From an uncultured virus (IMG/VR IMGVR_UViG_3300020414_000716) (Duplodnaviria; Heunggongvirae; Uroviricota; Caudoviricetes): DNA of 20,000 nt. The stretch lies in IMG/VR virus record IMGVR_UViG_3300020414_000716; one strand, written 5' to 3'. The translations under genes and the position numbers were made by a program. Positions 16,440-20,000 of this stretch are shown here, one piece after another. How positions within the stretch are numbered: the first letter of the stretch is position 1; each line of letters opens with the position of its first letter. The notes under the pieces were generated by a model, which searched no databases, had not been told where the DNA came from, and saw only the letters and a list, made by a program, of their open reading frames with translations.

Positions 16440-16897
16440 GAGACCTTATCAATCTGTTCTTGTGTAACAGTTCCCCTTCTAATTAAGATTTGTCTATTGT
16501 CTATGTGTTGTTGTTCGATTAGTTCTTTACTATCACCCGTATATTTTACTGCATGATTGTCTGTAATCATTTGGTCATTTACATTGAATTTATAACCGAA
16601 CACTGGGTGTCCTTCTGCGTGGTGTACAAATAACTCACCAAGGATTCTTCCGAACTTTCCCTTATCATGTGAGACTAAAGTAATAGTATCACCTGAATTT
16701 AATAAAGATTTTAAGTGTGCTTTAGACGCTTTACCAAATAGTTTTTCAACCTTATCTCTTGTACGGCTCTCAGGTGTATCGATACCCAACATTCTTACAC
16801 GTTGTTTTTTGTAAGTCATTCCGAATCCTAGGTCAATGTCTACATCAACCGTATCACCATCTACAACTTTTGTAATCTTTACTTTATATTCGTACAT
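16436..16897 (-). CDS. Staphylococcal-nuclease-like (thermonuclease) protein
   Basis: KVVDGDTVDV, RVRMLGIDTPESRT and GKFGRILG are SNase catalytic motifs. Confidence 0.92.
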   Translation of the reverse strand: MYEYKVKITKVVDGDTVDVDIDLGFGMTYKKQRVRMLGIDTPESRTRDKVEKLFGKASKAHLKSLLNSGDTITLVSHDKGKFGRILGELFVHHAEGHPVFGYKFNVNDQMITDNHAVKYTGDSKELIEQQHIDNRQILIRRGTVTQEQIDKVS

Positions 16898-16901
16898 AGG
16901 A

Positions 16902-17321
16902 TTATTTATACTGGTTATGTTTTCTCCATGCAGTTTTTTCTTCCCAGTTTTCTACTGCTTTTTTGATTCCTTCTTCTGCGAGGACTGAACAATGGAGTTT
17001 GATTGGAGGCAAATCAAGAGCTGTTGCAATCTCCTTATCTTTAATCTGTTTTGCTTGTTCAATCGTTTTACCTCTGAGCATTTCAACAAACATTGTTGAT
17101 GATGCGATAGCAGAACCACATCCATAAGTTTTGAATTTGACATCTTCTATTGTGTCTCCGTTCATTTTTAGGTCGAGTTTCATAACATCACCACAAGCAG
17201 GTGCTCCAACCATTCCAGTTGCAACATTAGGGTCTTTTGGGTCAAACCTACCTACTGAGTGTTTTTCGGGATTTGCGAGTACAGATTCAAATCTATCTAC
17301 TACTTCTTTACTGTATGCCAT
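16902..17321 (-). CDS. iscU: IscU/NifU-type Fe-S cluster scaffold (auxiliary metabolic gene)
   Basis: GAPACGDVMKL (Cys/Asp), FKTYGCGSAIAS (Cys) and LPPIKLHCSVLAE (HscA-binding LPPVK-like motif plus His-Cys) are all intact. Confidence 0.95.
   Translation of the reverse strand: MAYSKEVVDRFESVLANPEKHSVGRFDPKDPNVATGMVGAPACGDVMKLDLKMNGDTIEDVKFKTYGCGSAIASSTMFVEMLRGKTIEQAKQIKDKEIATALDLPPIKLHCSVLAEEGIKKAVENWEEKTAWRKHNQYK
16903..16910 (-). promoter_or_regulatory. T4-type late promoter TATAAATA
   Basis: TATAAATA-ATCCT-ATG(16897); formed by the last iscU codons TAT AAA TAA. Confidence 0.7.
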
Positions 17322-17326
17322 TATTC

Positions 17327-17334
17327 TATTTATC
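17327..17334 (-). promoter_or_regulatory. Late promoter GATAAATA overlapping the gp43 stop
   Basis: GATAAATA-GAATA-ATG(17321). Confidence 0.6.
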
Positions 17335-19843
17335 CAAAAAAACTATCTAAACTTGCAACTGGTTCAACATTCCAACCAATTAAAGTTATGATAGCTTTCA
17401 GTGGTTCAATGAATGACTTATCAAATTGTAAGTCATAATCAACATAACCATTCAACTCAAATTCTCTAGGAAGAACATTTATGAATGATATAACATTCTC
17501 ATTGATAGGATTAGGAATACTAAGATAAGTGAAGTGTATCTTGTCACTATTCTTTACATTCTCATATCGTTTGTGAACGTTTTTCTTTTTAAGTAAGTGG
17601 TTGTAAAGTAATGCACCCCGAACGTGTATGGGTGTACCCTTACTGTAAATGTGTGTAGAATCTGCATATTGATTCAGGTTGTTGCAACTTCTTGGTGATG
17701 CAATCTCTTCTACAGGCAATGTTCTAAATTCTTTTCGTGCGTTTTCTACAAAGTCCCACACTTCCTGTTCAGTTCCATTCATAACAACCTGTAACACTTC
17801 AGTCAACTTCTTACGCACCCATTGTGGTGTACTGGACTTTGCAGTTTCAATACCCATCATTTTTAGTTTAGGTTCTGTAAGTCGAACACCTTCATTATCC
17901 AATACGTTTAGAATGTATCGTTTCTTTGCAGTCCAAATACCTCTATCTGCAATTACCTCACGACCCATAACCATTTTCTGTTGGAATGCGTTAGTGTAAA
18001 ATGCAAGGTCTTCATATCCTTTCGTCAATACGTCAAGAATTCTATCTTGTCCTGCGTTGTTTAAGAAATCTACAATTTTAGATTTAGGTGTATCTTCAGG
18101 GAATATGTGTTTCACCATTCTATCAAAAGTAACATAAATGGAATCAGTATCCATTGCAATCACATAGTCTTCGTCTTCTGTTCCTAGTGTATCATTTAGG
18201 AATTCGTTTATAGTGTTCTCTGCAGTTTTGATAATCAGTTGTCCTGCAGTAGTAATCCCTTCTGCAAGATTTGGGTCAAAGAATGCAAAGTATTGATTTG
18301 CAAGAGCACCATAAGCTGAGTTAAGTGCAATCTTTCTGACCTGTTGATTATTGTATGCACGTTTGATAAGTGTATTCAGTTCTCTTTTACGTTTAGGGTC
18401 TTTACAATTCTCACGTTCAATCTGATACTCAATCATTTTCTTTTTCCAAAGTTTCCTTTCGTCATAGAACTTTTCCATAAGTTCGGGAAGGAAACCTTGA
18501 CGGTCTCTTTTGAACTTTACACCATTAGGTGTAACAGTAACATTTTGTTCTTGGAGTTCCAACAAGTCGTGTTCACGATTCAACAACTTATCAATATTCA
18601 AAGTCATAAGGTCACCCTTAACCATTTTTTCGGGTGAGACATTGTACTGCATAATGATATGTGGATACAGTGAGTTCAAGTCAAATGACATAACCCAGTC
18701 GTGTTTACCCACGATTGGTTCTTTTACATACGCACCAACAATAGAATGGTGTTTTGTCTTTTCTAGTTTTTGTGGTGGTGTTTGAATGTTCTGTTCTTTT
18801 AGGAAGTTGTAGATTATAGTTTCCCAGTATTTTACCATTCCAAAAGTATCTGAGTAATTACACTTCGCATTGTAAGCCATGGTCATGGTCAATTCCAATA
18901 GACCAAGTTTATCCTCTAGGTCTTCAACAAGTGTAACGTCTTTTACATTGTATTCTAGATACAGGGAATAGTTGTTTTTGTAAAGTGTATGTAAACTTCC
19001 ATACTGAGAATAATCAATCTTTTGTTTGTCTAGTTCGATATGTGAGATATGGTCAAGAGAATATGATTCCTGATTTACGAATGTACGTTTTTTGTACAGT
19101 TCCATATAATCAATAACATTGACACCATATAGATTGAACACCACAACTTTATTACCATAGTTGTTTGTGTAATCTCTGACATCAGACATATTCCATGGAG
19201 AAAACTTTTTGTGAGAACCCTCTCCAAATAATTTATCAACACGATTACAAAGATAGGTAATATCGAATGCATCAACATTCCAACCTGTAATTACGTCAAA
19301 ACTTTCTTTTCTCCAATACTTGATGAATGCTTCGAGTAGGAATGCTTCATTCTCACATTCATGATACTCAACATCATCAGGACACTCATTCCATGGGCCA
19401 ATACCAAAGGTGTGTGCGTTTTTTCTGAATGGTTTGATTGTGATTGCGTTGACTTTTTCTTCTGCAAGGGTTGGTTCGGGGAATCCGTTTTCTGACTCAC
19501 ACTCAATGTCAAGTGTTGCGATTTTGATTTTGTTGTAGTCCCAGTCAACGTCACCTTGGAACTTCTCTGCAATGTAAGTGTAGATATATTTGTCATATCC
19601 ATGAATTTCAAATCCGTCAATCTGATTGTATTGTTCTCTGAACTTTCTTGCACCACCCATAGTGTCAAGGTTGACTGGTTCGAGTGGTCTTCCGTCAAGT
19701 GAACGGAATGCAGTGTCACCCTTCTTGGAAAGAACATAATGATTAGGTCGATATGCGACCTTCATCATGTGTTGTTTATTTCCTTGGTAACCCTTTACGA
19801 GTATTTTGTCACGAGTACGACACACATTAGTATAGAAATCCAT
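17330..19843 (-). CDS. 43: T4 gp43-like family-B DNA polymerase
   Basis: ExoI DIECE, ExoII GWNVDAFD, ExoIII YNVKD, motif A SFDLNSLYP, motif B KIALNSAYG, motif C DTDS, KKRY, and C-terminal clamp-binding SLDSFF. Confidence 0.98.
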   Translation of the reverse strand: MDFYTNVCRTRDKILVKGYQGNKQHMMKVAYRPNHYVLSKKGDTAFRSLDGRPLEPVNLDTMGGARKFREQYNQIDGFEIHGYDKYIYTYIAEKFQGDVDWDYNKIKIATLDIECESENGFPEPTLAEEKVNAITIKPFRKNAHTFGIGPWNECPDDVEYHECENEAFLLEAFIKYWRKESFDVITGWNVDAFDITYLCNRVDKLFGEGSHKKFSPWNMSDVRDYTNNYGNKVVVFNLYGVNVIDYMELYKKRTFVNQESYSLDHISHIELDKQKIDYSQYGSLHTLYKNNYSLYLEYNVKDVTLVEDLEDKLGLLELTMTMAYNAKCNYSDTFGMVKYWETIIYNFLKEQNIQTPPQKLEKTKHHSIVGAYVKEPIVGKHDWVMSFDLNSLYPHIIMQYNVSPEKMVKGDLMTLNIDKLLNREHDLLELQEQNVTVTPNGVKFKRDRQGFLPELMEKFYDERKLWKKKMIEYQIERENCKDPKRKRELNTLIKRAYNNQQVRKIALNSAYGALANQYFAFFDPNLAEGITTAGQLIIKTAENTINEFLNDTLGTEDEDYVIAMDTDSIYVTFDRMVKHIFPEDTPKSKIVDFLNNAGQDRILDVLTKGYEDLAFYTNAFQQKMVMGREVIADRGIWTAKKRYILNVLDNEGVRLTEPKLKMMGIETAKSSTPQWVRKKLTEVLQVVMNGTEQEVWDFVENARKEFRTLPVEEIASPRSCNNLNQYADSTHIYSKGTPIHVRGALLYNHLLKKKNVHKRYENVKNSDKIHFTYLSIPNPINENVISFINVLPREFELNGYVDYDLQFDKSFIEPLKAIITLIGWNVEPVASLDSFFG

Positions 19844-19849
19844 AATATA

Positions 19850-19878
19850 ATTATACTAAACGAAGTCTATTCTGTCAA
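19850..19878 (-). promoter_or_regulatory. Perfect sigma70 consensus promoter for gp43
   Basis: TTGACA-GAATAGACTTCGTTTAG (17 nt)-TATAAT-TATATT-ATG(19843). Confidence 0.85.
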
Positions 19879-20000
19879 GTGCATACTTTTGGGGTGTAGT
19901 AAATTTTTTACTGTCTGTAATTTGTCTTCTGCATCTGCGAGTTTAGAAATTTCCATTTCAAGTGCTTGAACTATCTCAGGGTGTTCACCAACACCTGCAG
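19867..20000 (-). CDS. 3' end of a small conserved T4-like hypothetical protein (5' truncated)
   Basis: ...AGVGEHPEIVQALEMEISKLADAEDKLQTVKNLLHPKSMHLTE*; the GxGEHP motif is common in marine T4-like phages. Confidence 0.75.
   Translation of the reverse strand, partial: AGVGEHPEIVQALEMEISKLADAEDKLQTVKNLLHPKSMHLTE

Noticed and set aside
16952..19737. Alternative-frame minus ORFs 16952..17143, 19075..19278 and 19291..19737
   Set aside because: They are nested out of frame in iscU and gp43, with no motifs or initiation signals.
17330..19843. Possible intein, intron or split in gp43, and the unusual motif C (IAMDTDS instead of YGDTDS)
   Set aside because: The ORF is continuous at 837 aa with no insertion. 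The catalytic DTDS is intact and similar variants are familiar in marine T4-like polymerases.
34..19969. All plus-strand ORFs in the track (e.g. 3579..4211, 10208..10720, 4694..5071, 17679..17999)
   Set aside because: They are antisense shadows of well-supported minus-strand genes, have S/F/L-rich composition, lack RBS or motifs, and mostly have non-ATG starts.
1..20000. CRISPR array, stop-codon recoding or tRNA-associated integration site
   Set aside because: No repeat-spacer array was seen. TAA, TAG and TGA all terminate full-length genes. There is no integrase or duplicated tRNA 3' end.

Overview
This 20-kb window is from a large AT-rich T4-like (Tevenvirinae/Kyanoviridae-style) phage, probably marine. 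Every credible gene is on the minus strand. Reading in the direction of transcription (right to left), there is first a replication block: gp43 family-B DNA polymerase, an inserted IscU Fe-S scaffold and SNase-like nuclease, uvsX and the gp41 helicase. Two small late genes and a terminator follow. Then comes a ~12-kb late-promoter-driven cluster: a DUF6267-like ligase-fold nucleotidyltransferase, a DUF5754-like protein, a cytidyltransferase-like/P-loop kinase fusion, two large modular proteins (one ending in an HNH domain), small acidic or structural proteins, tRNA-Thr(UGU), a PAP2 phosphatase and a truncated membrane coiled-coil protein. Four signals stand out. (1) T4 capsid-targeting-like N-termini and repeated E-rich [IL]xE linkers suggest head-packaged polyproteins cut by the prohead protease. 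(2) A ligase-fold, kinase, nucleotidyltransferase and phosphatase set lies next to a tRNA. (3) Late promoters (NNTAAATA) often sit 5-6 nt before an ATG and overlap upstream stop codons, implying leaderless mRNAs. (4) By-eye scanning found no GATC or GGWCC, and every CCWGG overlaps a GCC. Family names come from motif recognition, not database searches.
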